Virus record (IMG/VR): IMGVR_UViG_3300049830_000285
Span: 1-64,000 of that record
Length of the DNA stretch: 64,000 bases
From: a virus
Strand: one strand, 5' to 3'
The notes under the pieces were generated by a model. It did no database searches, was not told where the DNA came from, and saw nothing but the letters and a program-made list of their open reading frames with translations. Position numbers and translations under genes: made by a program. Of the stretch, positions 1-9,587 are shown piece by piece (position 1 is the stretch's first letter; every line of letters begins with the position of its first letter).

Positions 1-34
1 TAAATGAACTATATATTAATATGGAGTCCCAAAA

Positions 35-649
35 ATGAGTAAAACATCACCAGTATTAGACATGAGAACTTGTCTAATTGTTGACGCAACATATTCGCCT
101 TATGTTGAAGAAGATTTAGATTCAGATATAGATGACACACCCTTCTCTGAATATGGCAACACTGTTGTGTTGCTGCTGCAAGATATTGAAACATATAATC
201 AATATCACTGCCCGCTGTCAGCGAGTAGCGTGGCAGAATTAGCAAAGCTGGCAGAAGAGCCAACTCCGAGGCAAATGATAAAGTTTGCCGCTGCTTTGAG
301 ACAAAGAGATAAACCAGTCACTCTGCTTGTGGCTACTGATTCTGATTTAGTAACGCCAGATATGATTGAGAAACTTCAAGCAAAAGGATTACTTCAAACC
401 GAAGAAGCAATGAAAAAATATGAAGCTGCTAAGGCGCGTCAAAATGAACTCATTGAAGAGCAAAAAGCAGTTCCACAGTCAGAATACGAGCAATTCATGG
501 CTGAACAAGACGAGCAATTGCGAGATAAATTTGCGCAATGGAGTCGTGAAAAAGAAGAAGCCAGCCGTAAATCTGCATTTTTAGATTTAGATAATATTGA
601 AGACGAGGAAGAAGAAATCGTCGCCAAAAAGACAAGGAAACAACAATGA
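35..649 (+). CDS. Hypothetical acidic protein
   Basis: 204-aa ORF with GGAG RBS upstream; its stop overlaps the dut start (ATGA). No motif recognised. Confidence 0.7.
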   Translation: MSKTSPVLDMRTCLIVDATYSPYVEEDLDSDIDDTPFSEYGNTVVLLLQDIETYNQYHCPLSASSVAELAKLAEEPTPRQMIKFAAALRQRDKPVTLLVATDSDLVTPDMIEKLQAKGLLQTEEAMKKYEAAKARQNELIEEQKAVPQSEYEQFMAEQDEQLRDKFAQWSREKEEASRKSAFLDLDNIEDEEEEIVAKKTRKQQ

Positions 650-1125
650 ATAATCCAATTAAAGTAAGAATTCGACGTTTTAGAGAAGGCGCTGTTATAC
701 CTTCTCGCGGTAGTGATTTAGCAGCAGGTTTTGACCTGTGTGCCTGGATTTCTGATGATTCAGGTGAAACCATCGTTGGAGTTGGTGAAATGGCACCAAT
801 TAAAACCGGGTTGAATATGCGCATTCCAGCAGGTTATGAAGTTCAAATCAGACCGCGCTCAGGATTGGCTTTCAAACACCAAATCACTGTTCAAAACACA
901 CCGGGTACGATTGATGCAGACTACGATGGAGATGGGGAGAAATTCGAAGTTGTTGTTATGCTTAGAAATGAGGGCTTTTCTCCATTTGTAGTCAATCACG
1001 GAGATAGAATCGCACAGATGGTAGTTAATAAATTGCCAGATGTTGTTTTAGTTGAAGATTTTGAAGATAATAATGAGCGAAATGCCAGTAGCCGAGTCGG
1101 AGGGCTTGGCAGCACGGGCACATAA
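646..1125 (+). CDS. dut: dUTP diphosphatase (trimeric dUTPase)
   Basis: Motifs AGFDL, RPRSG, GTIDADY, GDRIAQ and C-terminal RVGGLGSTG. Confidence 0.97.
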   Translation: MNNPIKVRIRRFREGAVIPSRGSDLAAGFDLCAWISDDSGETIVGVGEMAPIKTGLNMRIPAGYEVQIRPRSGLAFKHQITVQNTPGTIDADYDGDGEKFEVVVMLRNEGFSPFVVNHGDRIAQMVVNKLPDVVLVEDFEDNNERNASSRVGGLGSTGT

Positions 1126-1883
1126 TGGAGCGAGAAGCACAAAGGTACGCTGGTTTAATTGTTGCTGAAACACTTCAATACATGAAGGAGGCAATTATTA
1201 ATGGCGAGAGAAACACTCTCGCCATTAATAATTTAGCAGAAGCATATATGCTGGAAAAAGGTGTGTTTCCAGCGTGCAAAGGCTATCGACCACCTTTTCA
1301 TCCATCGTCTTATAATCACGGAACGTGTATTTCTATTAATCACGAAATTGTTCACGGAGTTCCACGAGAAGATAAAATTTTGGTCAATGGAGATATTGTT
1401 GGCTTAGATGTTGTTGGGTTATTTGAAGGGTGGCACGCTGATGCTGCTATAACTGTCTCTGTCGGTGAGATATCTGATTCAGCCGTGAGATTACTTGAAC
1501 AAACTGAAAAAGCGCTGTATCAAGGTATTGAAAATGCCAAGATTGGCGGAACTACAGGAGATATTGGCTACGCTGTTCAAACTCACGCTCGAAAACACGG
1601 ACTTGGTATCGCTAAATATCTATCTGGACATGGTATAGGCAGGGAGATTCACTGTAATCCCTCGGTGCCCAATCTGGGAATACCAGGGAAGGGAGATGTT
1701 TTAGAAGCTGGCATGAGTATTTGCATTGAACCAATGTTGACACTTGGTTCAGACTTAACACACCTTTCAGAAGACACATGGGCAGTTGTGACATCAGATA
1801 ATTCGATTTCAGCGCACTTTGAGCACACTATTCTCATCAGAAACGACGGAGAATTGGAAATATTGACAAAACTTCCGGTATAA
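1125..1883 (+). CDS. map: Methionine aminopeptidase type I
   Basis: CISINHEIVHGVP, GWHADAA, GHGIG..H, CIEP and SAHFEHT metal-binding motifs. Confidence 0.96.
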   Translation: MEREAQRYAGLIVAETLQYMKEAIINGERNTLAINNLAEAYMLEKGVFPACKGYRPPFHPSSYNHGTCISINHEIVHGVPREDKILVNGDIVGLDVVGLFEGWHADAAITVSVGEISDSAVRLLEQTEKALYQGIENAKIGGTTGDIGYAVQTHARKHGLGIAKYLSGHGIGREIHCNPSVPNLGIPGKGDVLEAGMSICIEPMLTLGSDLTHLSEDTWAVVTSDNSISAHFEHTILIRNDGELEILTKLPV

Positions 1884-1893
1884 TGGAGACGAA

Positions 1894-2388
1894 ATGGCAG
1901 AACCCACGTTTAATGAATCGCTAGATTTATACGAGCTTGCATTCAAATTGCAAGACAGATATCGCTATGAACTTGGTCACGTAGACCTTGAACTAATTTA
2001 CTTCGCTGAAAAAATCGGAGAAAAGGGCAAAAAAGCTAAGATTGCCGAAGTGAGTGGAATTACATCGGCTTGGCTTAAGCAGTTGCTTTCTAAGGCTGGA
2101 AAAAACAACAAACTTTATTGTTTGGCGGTTTGGTCACAAGAATGGGGACAGCTCTCCCCTGCACAACAGCAATGGGCTATTTTTAATAGTCTCTATAGCA
2201 TTTCTCTCGAAAATGACGGCAAGCTACGCAAACCAGATGTTCAGGGTCATGGCCCAATCATCGAATTTCTCGGCCCATATTGGCAAGCTCGAAAAGATTT
2301 GCCAGATATGATGAGTGGCGACCCACTTGGCATTCCACCTCCCCCTGAACCAGAAGAGGATATTGAAGAATTGGGAGCCACCCTGTAA
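1894..2388 (+). CDS. Putative phage metallopeptidase-like protein with degenerate active site
   Basis: Family-like layout (W..LS..QQ, LRKPDV) but FNSLYSI stands where HExxH is expected. Confidence 0.5.
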   Translation: MAEPTFNESLDLYELAFKLQDRYRYELGHVDLELIYFAEKIGEKGKKAKIAEVSGITSAWLKQLLSKAGKNNKLYCLAVWSQEWGQLSPAQQQWAIFNSLYSISLENDGKLRKPDVQGHGPIIEFLGPYWQARKDLPDMMSGDPLGIPPPPEPEEDIEELGATL

Positions 2389-2395
2389 TTTCCCT

Positions 2396-2433
2396 AAAAA
2401 AAGACACATCATTTCTTGGTGTGTCTTTTTTTT
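2396..2433. terminator. Intrinsic terminator, probably bidirectional
   Basis: AAAAAAAGACACATC-ATTTCTT-GGTGTGTCTTTTTTT stem-loop with A and T tracts. Confidence 0.8.
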
Positions 2434-2456
2434 GTCAATTGAACTATCATAATATC

Positions 2457-3563
2457 ATGCCCATCAACAAAGATGTACTTTACAACAAATATCGCCCAAA
2501 AACATTGGGGCAGATTTCGCAAACTCACGTTGTTAAAGTCTTAAGAAAACAAATAGAAAAAAAACAACATCCTTCTACTTACTTGCTTGAAGGCCCAGCG
2601 GGAACTGGTAAAACAACGATTGCTCGCGTTGTATGCGCTGCTATGGCGTGCAAAGAGTTATCTGACTCTTATGAGCCATGTGGAGAGTGTTCCTTCTGTC
2701 AGGCGATTTTTGAAGACCGATTTAGAGAGCTGAATGAAGTTAACTGCGCTACTAATGGTGGTGTGGATGATATTAGAAGTATGATATCCGAAAAAATGTA
2801 TATTATGCCGTCACAAGGCAATAAGCGCTTCTTTATTTTGGATGAAGCACACATGCTGACAACTGCTGCTCAAAATGCTCTTTTAAAAATTATGGAAGAG
2901 CCTCCAGATTATGTCGTATTCTTTCTTTGCTCATCTGAGGGTCACAAAATCATCCCGGCTATTAGAAGTAGAGCGCAAATTCACAAATTAAAAAGATTAT
3001 CTGACAAATCATCTAGGGAAATTTTAGATTTTGTTGTAAAACAAGAGCAGTTGTCTACTGAATCAGATGCTTTGGATTTAATTGTTCAAGCAGCGGGTGG
3101 AAGCGGACGCGATGCATTAGTGCTTTTGGAGCAAGTTGCTTTAGTAGGAGTTACTGAAGAAAATGTTCGAGAAGTATTAGGGCGAGGGCCAAAAAGTCAA
3201 GCCATTGATTTCTTAAAGTCGATTTATTCGACCAATAGAGGTGAATGTCAAAGAATTTTGGACGCAGCTTTAATGGAAGGTCGCGATTTGCTTGCGCTTA
3301 TAGAAGAGGCAGAACGCGCACTTATGCAAATGGCACGATACAAGCTCCAACGCACCCCTAGCGCATCACAAGACCCATTATTAGAAGAACTAACCCCTTT
3401 GTGGTCAGGAACTCAACTGGTGGAAGTAACAACTAGCCTAATAGAGATTAACAAATTAATACGGCAAAACGTTCCCGCAGATTTGGCATGCCAGGTCGGG
3501 GTTTTGAAAGTTATAGATAGATTTGCTGCCTTGAAAAAAGCAGAAGAAGCCAGAAAAGCGTAA
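2457..3563 (+). CDS. dnaX: DNA polymerase III gamma/tau-like clamp loader ATPase
   Basis: LYNKYRP, Walker A GPAGTGKTT, Zn site CGECSFC, DEAH, QNALLK..EEPP, SRA. Start moved to ATG 2457 because the 2421 start lies inside the terminator. Confidence 0.95.
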   Translation: MPINKDVLYNKYRPKTLGQISQTHVVKVLRKQIEKKQHPSTYLLEGPAGTGKTTIARVVCAAMACKELSDSYEPCGECSFCQAIFEDRFRELNEVNCATNGGVDDIRSMISEKMYIMPSQGNKRFFILDEAHMLTTAAQNALLKIMEEPPDYVVFFLCSSEGHKIIPAIRSRAQIHKLKRLSDKSSREILDFVVKQEQLSTESDALDLIVQAAGGSGRDALVLLEQVALVGVTEENVREVLGRGPKSQAIDFLKSIYSTNRGECQRILDAALMEGRDLLALIEEAERALMQMARYKLQRTPSASQDPLLEELTPLWSGTQLVEVTTSLIEINKLIRQNVPADLACQVGVLKVIDRFAALKKAEEARKA

Positions 3564-3626
3564 GCTAATTAGTTTCTATCGTCCAAAGATAAATTACAAA
3601 GTTAAATAGCCGCAAGGAGAAACACT

Positions 3627-4265
3627 ATGTCGAAAGACACAGAACAGTTTCTTCGGCTTGTAAAATCCGCAAAAGGCGGCGACGATAGAGCTTTTGACAA
3701 AATATTGTCAGAACTTGAACCGGAACTAAAGAAAATAGCAAAACGATATTTCATCTCGGGGTCTGACCCACAAGATGTACTACAGGAAGGCAGAATTGGC
3801 GTGTGGAAAGCCGTAATGGACTTTGATGACAGTAAGGATATGTCATTTAAGAATTTCGCTCTCAATCTCTGCGTGAAAAGACATGTGATTACCGCTGTGG
3901 CGGCGGCTAATCGAAAAAAGTTTGATTTACATAATAACGCTGCATCACTTGACACCGCTGTGTGGACAGGTGAAGAAGACTCAGAGCAATCATTGGCTGA
4001 TTTTATCGCTGACACGGAGATGCCACTCATCGACCGACTTGTGCAGAATGAAGAGTACGAAGAAAATTCAAATAAAGTAACAAAGCGCCTGACTCCATTG
4101 GAGAAGGCCATTTTCATGGAATACTCCTGCGAAGAGTCTTACAAAGACATCGCAGACGCCCTGGACATTAAACCGAAGGCTGTTGACAATGCTTTAATGC
4201 GAATTCGCAAGAAAGCAAATGACGTGTGGGTTCAATATGAGAAATCTACAAAAGAAAATCAATAG
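3627..4265 (+). CDS. RNA polymerase sigma factor, SigH/Spo0H-like
   Basis: QDVLQEGRIGVWKA..DFD, region-4 SYKDIA..L...KAVDNALMRIRKK; AAGGAG RBS. Confidence 0.88.
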   Translation: MSKDTEQFLRLVKSAKGGDDRAFDKILSELEPELKKIAKRYFISGSDPQDVLQEGRIGVWKAVMDFDDSKDMSFKNFALNLCVKRHVITAVAAANRKKFDLHNNAASLDTAVWTGEEDSEQSLADFIADTEMPLIDRLVQNEEYEENSNKVTKRLTPLEKAIFMEYSCEESYKDIADALDIKPKAVDNALMRIRKKANDVWVQYEKSTKENQ

Positions 4266-4332
4266 TCAAGTGTGCTGAAATGACCTTCTGGATACGATAA
4301 TGAATAATAGCAATATCGTATCCAGGAATATT

Positions 4333-5478
4333 ATGAAGTTCACTCTTTCAAAAACAACAGCACAGTCTGTTTTAACTCAAGCCTTGAAGACATGCAACAC
4401 CAAAGCAAAAGGTGAGGCTGATTCAGAATTTCTCATTTACTATGAAGGCGGCAATATGTACGTAAAGTCAGTTAATGACACTGCGGAGCAAACTATTAAA
4501 CTGCCAGCGCATCAAATTGAAGCAGAAGACGGAGATTCTTTTGCAGCCCCAGGTCAAGCAATTGTAGAATTTTTGCGCCAATTTCCAGATGAAGACCTAG
4601 CATGCAATTATCAAAAGGATAAGAATGCACTAATGATGAGTTCGACTCTTCGTAAAAAGCGGATAGCATTGGTAACAGGTGACCCAGGCGACTTTGTGCC
4701 AATTAATTTTATTCCTGTTGGTAAACCTTTTTCAGTTGACGCAGAGTTACTTGCGAAAGCGTTTAAGTGTACTGCTTTTGCGACATCCACTGATTATGCA
4801 AAAATGCCATATGTGGCTGTAAAACTTCGTGTTGAAAATGACATGCTCAAAACAGAAGCCACGGACGAAGCTCGCATTTCTGTTTTCAAAGTGGAAATCG
4901 AAGATGTTGGAGCAGATAGTGAATTCTTACTTCCAAGAGAAACAGCCGAAAGTCTTAGCTCAATGTTCGACCACGTTGATACTGTCGAAATCCAACCTGG
5001 TCAACATCATTTGCGCATGAACTGGGAAGGCACTGTATTTACATCTAGCCTGGTTGCTAGTCCTAAACCATTCCCAAATATCAGTCAATATTTGGACGGA
5101 GATAAATGTGGTTCTGTCAAAGTATCTCGGGGTGATTTGCTCAGCGCATTGAAAATGGCTGCGCTTGTTGCGCGTGATTCTAGTTTACAGGCAAGTATTA
5201 CACAGGATGGCTTGCTGATATCTACAAATGAAAGAGCTGGTGCATCGCAAGATGTTATTCCAGCACAATCATTTGTAGGCGAAGGCGACACACACATGTC
5301 TTGTAAGCTTTTTACCAAAGCCGTGGAAAGCGCCACCGGAGCTTGGGTAGATATTGAATTTGCTGAAATAAGTGATGGTATTGTGGCACTTATTATCAAA
5401 GATGAGTCTTATCGCCACTTAATGTTTCCAGTGCAGCCAAAGGATTTAGATGCCGACCAAACCGAAGACGAAGAATAA
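4333..5478 (+). CDS. dnaN: DNA polymerase III beta sliding clamp
   Basis: ~380 aa three-domain clamp; ATDEARIS, FPNISQ, terminal HLMFPV; AGGA RBS before ATG 4333. Confidence 0.85.
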   Translation: MKFTLSKTTAQSVLTQALKTCNTKAKGEADSEFLIYYEGGNMYVKSVNDTAEQTIKLPAHQIEAEDGDSFAAPGQAIVEFLRQFPDEDLACNYQKDKNALMMSSTLRKKRIALVTGDPGDFVPINFIPVGKPFSVDAELLAKAFKCTAFATSTDYAKMPYVAVKLRVENDMLKTEATDEARISVFKVEIEDVGADSEFLLPRETAESLSSMFDHVDTVEIQPGQHHLRMNWEGTVFTSSLVASPKPFPNISQYLDGDKCGSVKVSRGDLLSALKMAALVARDSSLQASITQDGLLISTNERAGASQDVIPAQSFVGEGDTHMSCKLFTKAVESATGAWVDIEFAEISDGIVALIIKDESYRHLMFPVQPKDLDADQTEDEE

Positions 5479-6577
5479 TAATTGGGATAAAGTTTACATC
5501 ATCAGCGGTGAGCCACAGCTTTGTAAGATGGCTCTCGCTGAAGTGTTTGATAAAATATCCAACCCAGGTATTAAACGATACTACAAAGATGATGATGCCA
5601 AAAAATTAGCATCATCATTCAATAGCTTTTCGTTTAATGCTTCGCCAGATGCAATCGTTGTTAATAACCCAAAAGCCGAAATGCTTAAGGTGTGTCAATC
5701 AGCCGTGGAAAATGGGCCTTTTAATGTATCTGCGCTAATAATCTTCAATCCCGGTGATTATATGGATGGAAGATTGTCATTTGTGACTGCCGCGAATAAA
5801 AACAAACGCACTTATCATTATGATTGTTTAGAAACCGTGAGTCGCGTGGCTTTAACCGCGTATATAAAAGATTGGGAGTCGGGGACTGGGGTAAATATGA
5901 CCGATGAAGCTCGTAAGTGGCTCATAGCCAACGCGCCGACGACCACTGGAAAAGTCAAAACTCAAGCTGGAAAAAAAGAAGCTGAAGTTTTTGATTTAGA
6001 ACTAATGGAAAGTGAATTGGACAAACCGTATATAATGCGAGTAGATACAGGACAAAAAATCACCATTGATGATTTACAAGAATTATGTACATTCGAGCAA
6101 GGGCATGATGTTTGGGCATTTATCGCCGCTTCGATTGACGGCAGAGTCGATGAGGCGTATCGAGAAATTGGGCGCATGCTTGAATCACAAGATATTAAAT
6201 CTGCGATAGCTTTGCTAATGTCTCAATTGAAATTTCTTATCGGGCTAAAATCTCTCGGTGACAAATATCTATCGTCATCTAGCGATTACGAAATTGCAGC
6301 TAAAATATCATTGTCTCCATATTTAAATTACTATCTCACAGAGGATTGGGTACCATTAGAAACACCATCTATCGCACCTGCAATTAATCCGTGGAGAGTT
6401 AAGAAAGCTTGCGAATCAACACCAAAATGGAGTCTTGAGCAACTTTGCAGACAATATACTGCGGCAGCGTATGCTTATAAAGATTTACGCTTCGGGGTTC
6501 CCGGTGACATCTTATTACCATATTTAATGATGGCTTTATCTGGAAAAATTGAATATCGCGAGCCTATAACAAGCTGA
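5450..6577 (+). CDS. holA: Clamp loader delta subunit (HolA-like)
   Basis: N-terminal VYIISGEP, ESELDK, DVWAFI, NPWRVKK motifs; sits next to dnaN and dnaX. Confidence 0.72.
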   Translation: MPTKPKTKNNNWDKVYIISGEPQLCKMALAEVFDKISNPGIKRYYKDDDAKKLASSFNSFSFNASPDAIVVNNPKAEMLKVCQSAVENGPFNVSALIIFNPGDYMDGRLSFVTAANKNKRTYHYDCLETVSRVALTAYIKDWESGTGVNMTDEARKWLIANAPTTTGKVKTQAGKKEAEVFDLELMESELDKPYIMRVDTGQKITIDDLQELCTFEQGHDVWAFIAASIDGRVDEAYREIGRMLESQDIKSAIALLMSQLKFLIGLKSLGDKYLSSSSDYEIAAKISLSPYLNYYLTEDWVPLETPSIAPAINPWRVKKACESTPKWSLEQLCRQYTAAAYAYKDLRFGVPGDILLPYLMMALSGKIEYREPITS

Positions 6578-6594
6578 CACTGTATAAAATTAAA

Positions 6595-7188
6595 GTGTTA
6601 GATGCTCAATATCAATATATCAATGAACTTGTTGTCAAAACAAAAGCTGGTGACACCGATGCATTAAGTGAACTAGTTCAATATTATCGCCCTCTTATTT
6701 TAGCATCTATTAAACGATGCTTAATAAGAGAACCAAAATTAATTGAATATCGCGAAGATATTGAACAAGAAGCTTATTTGATATTAAATGAATTAGTTCA
6801 GCAATACGATGAGACAATATCACTATTTTCATATTATTTGCTTACCAGATTAGATTACAGAATTTTGTCAAGAGCTAGGCGTTTCATCGGTAAAAATACA
6901 AGTGGGCAGGGCATTGATGAAACGCGATTCTCAAATATGCCAGAGCAATGGGAGCCAATACATATTGTTGACCCATTTAATAGAGTTGGTCTTCAAGAGG
7001 CATTAACCAATGCGATTGACCAATTAAGCGATGCGCAACAAGAAGCGATTGACTTGTATTTCTATCAAGGGCTAAATCAGCAAGAGGCTGCTTTAGCTTT
7101 GAATATCACGCAGGCGTCGTTTTCCAAGCGTTTAAACCGAGCATTATTGCAACTTAGAGAGATTTTACCCGATGATTTTTGCGAGTAA
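6595..7188 (+). CDS. Sigma-70 family sigma factor (ECF-like)
   Basis: AKAGD..A..ELVQYY.P, EDIEQE, region-4 LSDAQQEAIDLYFYQGLNQQEAA..L.I.Q...SKRLNRA; GTG start. Confidence 0.9.
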   Translation: MLDAQYQYINELVVKTKAGDTDALSELVQYYRPLILASIKRCLIREPKLIEYREDIEQEAYLILNELVQQYDETISLFSYYLLTRLDYRILSRARRFIGKNTSGQGIDETRFSNMPEQWEPIHIVDPFNRVGLQEALTNAIDQLSDAQQEAIDLYFYQGLNQQEAALALNITQASFSKRLNRALLQLREILPDDFCE

Positions 7189-7386
7189 GGGAATATTTTT
7201 AGAAAATATCCTATTATCTTAAGTTAGCCGTCTTTATAACTCAAATTTTGCCAAGTGCAAGCGAATGGATTATGACGCACTAAAAACATGCAATACTTAT
7301 AATGTGCATGTATAACATAACAGTAGGTTCGATATTCCTACTAAACCCACCTGTGATTGAACAGTAAACAATCAAAATAAGGAGAT

Positions 7387-8106
7387 ATGCCTGTGCCTCA
7401 AAATGAAATGATTTTAAATTGGAATAACACCATTCGCAAAACAAACGAAGGTGCGCGATATGTTGCTGCGCAAACTGCAACCGGACATCGCGCCAATGGA
7501 TTTAATGCAAGCGAAGCATTAGATTTAATGGTTGGAGACAATTTCGACGTAGACATTGCTAAAGAAGTATTGGCTCAAGTTTACGGTGAAGCGAGCCAGG
7601 GCGCAACACAGCCTAGCAATCCAACTCGATTTGCCATGGTTGTTCCAGTCTCTTACAAAGATGTTGTACCTTTGATTGACGAAGCGTTAACAAAGTTGTC
7701 ACCGTCACAATTTGTAGATTCATTGTTTAATAAGCTGATTGTTTCTTCTAAGCGAGATAGAGACGGTTGGAGACGACTTGCTCATCAATCAATCAACGAC
7801 CCAGTTGCAAAACAAATTTTACACGAAGATTTGCGACCATGGATTGAAGAAACAATGCTTAACTCTGTGTTAATCGCAGAAAAAGAGCAAGGTAGGGTTG
7901 CAATCGTGGATGAAAGCAATAAAAAATATACTGTTTCCTCTGCCACTGGTAGTGCTGAAGTAGACTTGAACGAAGGAACTTGTAGCTGTGATAGATTTAA
8001 CAGTGGTTGTTTTGCTTCCTTTGGTCTTGCTTGTGAACATATGGTTCGAGCGGCTGATACCATTTCCCCGTTCGAGCGATTAACTCGTGCATTAAAAGGC
8101 AAATAA
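7387..8106 (+). CDS. Hypothetical protein with C-terminal SWIM-type zinc finger
   Basis: CSC(x14)CEH pattern after a YTV..A.V beta hairpin; AAGGAG RBS. Confidence 0.65.
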   Translation: MPVPQNEMILNWNNTIRKTNEGARYVAAQTATGHRANGFNASEALDLMVGDNFDVDIAKEVLAQVYGEASQGATQPSNPTRFAMVVPVSYKDVVPLIDEALTKLSPSQFVDSLFNKLIVSSKRDRDGWRRLAHQSINDPVAKQILHEDLRPWIEETMLNSVLIAEKEQGRVAIVDESNKKYTVSSATGSAEVDLNEGTCSCDRFNSGCFASFGLACEHMVRAADTISPFERLTRALKGK

Positions 8107-8113
8107 ACATCTA

Positions 8114-8150
8114 CAAAAAGAGCCGATGCATTAAGCATCGGCTCTTTTTG
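8114..8150. terminator. Intrinsic terminator
   Basis: Perfect 16-bp stem CAAAAAGAGCCGATGC / GCATCGGCTCTTTTTG with ATTAA loop. Confidence 0.9.
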
Positions 8151-8212
8151 TTTTAAAAGTAGTGATATTGACTACAAATCATGAATCAATTCAGTATCTA
8201 TTGAGTTGAACA

Positions 8213-9493
8213 ATGGCACAAACATTTATTCTCCCACCGCGTAAAGTTTCCAGTGGAGCAGTTGATTTAACTACTCTTGACTCCACATATATGCGCGTTG
8301 ATGGAGTAAATGGGCCTTTTACCGGCCCAGTATCAATGGGAACTCAATTAATAACAGTTGGTAATTTAGCATCGAATCCTGTTGGCGGAAGCCCCGGACA
8401 GATGTACTTTAATACCACTGCTAAGCAAATTAGAGTCTACGAAGATAATATCAATCAATGGCAGAGTATTATTGCTGATACAAATATTACACTTAGTAAT
8501 GCCACTGCTAATCAAATGAATTTCATTGGTGGTAGTGGAATTGATGGCGGTGGCGGGAATCTAACATTTCGAGTTACAGCATCTGCTTCCACTGCACACG
8601 TGGTGTCCATTAATAGCATGGGAACGTCTTTCTCTATTGTTGGTGGTATATCTCCGCAAAGAACACTTACGGTTCAATCATCAATCGGATTAAACGGACA
8701 AGGCTTTTCTATTACCCTTAATTCTGATTCATATTTGAGTTTGAATAGTCAAACACTTACCATTACAGCTAGCACAAGTGACATCACCCTTAAACCATCT
8801 AGTTCTACAGCCACCACCTATAACATAGCTACACATGCTACAAATTCGTGGCTACTATCTATCGGCGGAGCAGCTTTCCCAGGTGCAGCGGGAACCATGT
8901 TTCATGCTTCAAGTACCACCTTTGGTCAAATGTCCACTTTGGCGCTTGGTAGCTTTGGCTATGTTTTAACTGCTGGCTCCACTGCCCCACAATGGAGTGA
9001 CCTGGGTGCTATTGCAATTACCTGGGTTGCACCATCTTCAATAACATATAATCCCGCTGGCGGTGGATTTGGCACTTATGGCACCAACTACGCCCTTCAA
9101 TTAAACGGTACACCCAAAGCTACTGCCGCTGGTGCATTGGCGCAAATTGGAAATGGTGGTTTTGCTGGTGGTGGTGGTGATTTTACCGGAAGCGCTAACG
9201 GTACATTCATCGGTTTGAACACCGCCTCTGGATTCACTGGAAATATTATTGATATTCAGGTAGCTGGAGTAACTTTCATCAAAGTCACCAATAGTAAAGC
9301 AATCACTATTGGCTCATCAGCATCGACACTCGGTTTCTTTGGTCAAACTCCAGCAGTGCGTCCATCTGCATACACAGCATCTAATGTCACAACCGATAGG
9401 TCTTATGATGCGGACGCAACTTCCATTGATGAAATAGCCGATGTATTGGGAACATTGATTACAGATTTAAAGAATCTTGGCTTGCTTCAGTAA
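8213..9493 (+). CDS. Virion fibre-like Gly/Thr/Ser-rich structural protein
   Basis: 426 aa, beta-rich and low-complexity; GQMYFNTT...VY motif and C-terminal LITDLKNLGLL typical of phage fibres. Confidence 0.55.
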   Translation: MAQTFILPPRKVSSGAVDLTTLDSTYMRVDGVNGPFTGPVSMGTQLITVGNLASNPVGGSPGQMYFNTTAKQIRVYEDNINQWQSIIADTNITLSNATANQMNFIGGSGIDGGGGNLTFRVTASASTAHVVSINSMGTSFSIVGGISPQRTLTVQSSIGLNGQGFSITLNSDSYLSLNSQTLTITASTSDITLKPSSSTATTYNIATHATNSWLLSIGGAAFPGAAGTMFHASSTTFGQMSTLALGSFGYVLTAGSTAPQWSDLGAIAITWVAPSSITYNPAGGGFGTYGTNYALQLNGTPKATAAGALAQIGNGGFAGGGGDFTGSANGTFIGLNTASGFTGNIIDIQVAGVTFIKVTNSKAITIGSSASTLGFFGQTPAVRPSAYTASNVTTDRSYDADATSIDEIADVLGTLITDLKNLGLLQ

Positions 9494-9587
9494 TTAAAAT
9501 AGCATAAATACAAGGTGTACTTATCACAAACTCTTAAATTCAGAGTATAAGTCACAAATTTTGTGATTTTATCTGTAAAAGGAGACT

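Noticed and set aside
3602-4117. Long antisense and alternate-frame ORFs (also 10117-10593, 24968-25342, 32620-33000, 36826-37209 and many others)
   Set aside because: These are shadows of well-supported genes with biased codon usage; they have no RBS or motifs.
1-7188. Bacterial chromosome or integrated prophage flank (dnaX, dnaN, holA, map, sigH)
   Set aside because: These genes are divergent, not in bacterial synteny, and continuous in style with the virion modules. No integrase, att site or host rRNA/ribosomal protein genes were seen.
7322-7345. tRNA suggested by GTAGG-TTCGA..-CCTAC
   Set aside because: The loop is 9 nt and no matching acceptor, D or anticodon arms could be built.
9420-9493. 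C-terminal IDEIADVLGTLITDLKNLGLLQ as a sixth copy of the shared tag
   Set aside because: It lacks the D-x-x-G-x-(F/Y)-x-E-A-D register and matches a common fibre C-terminal helix instead.
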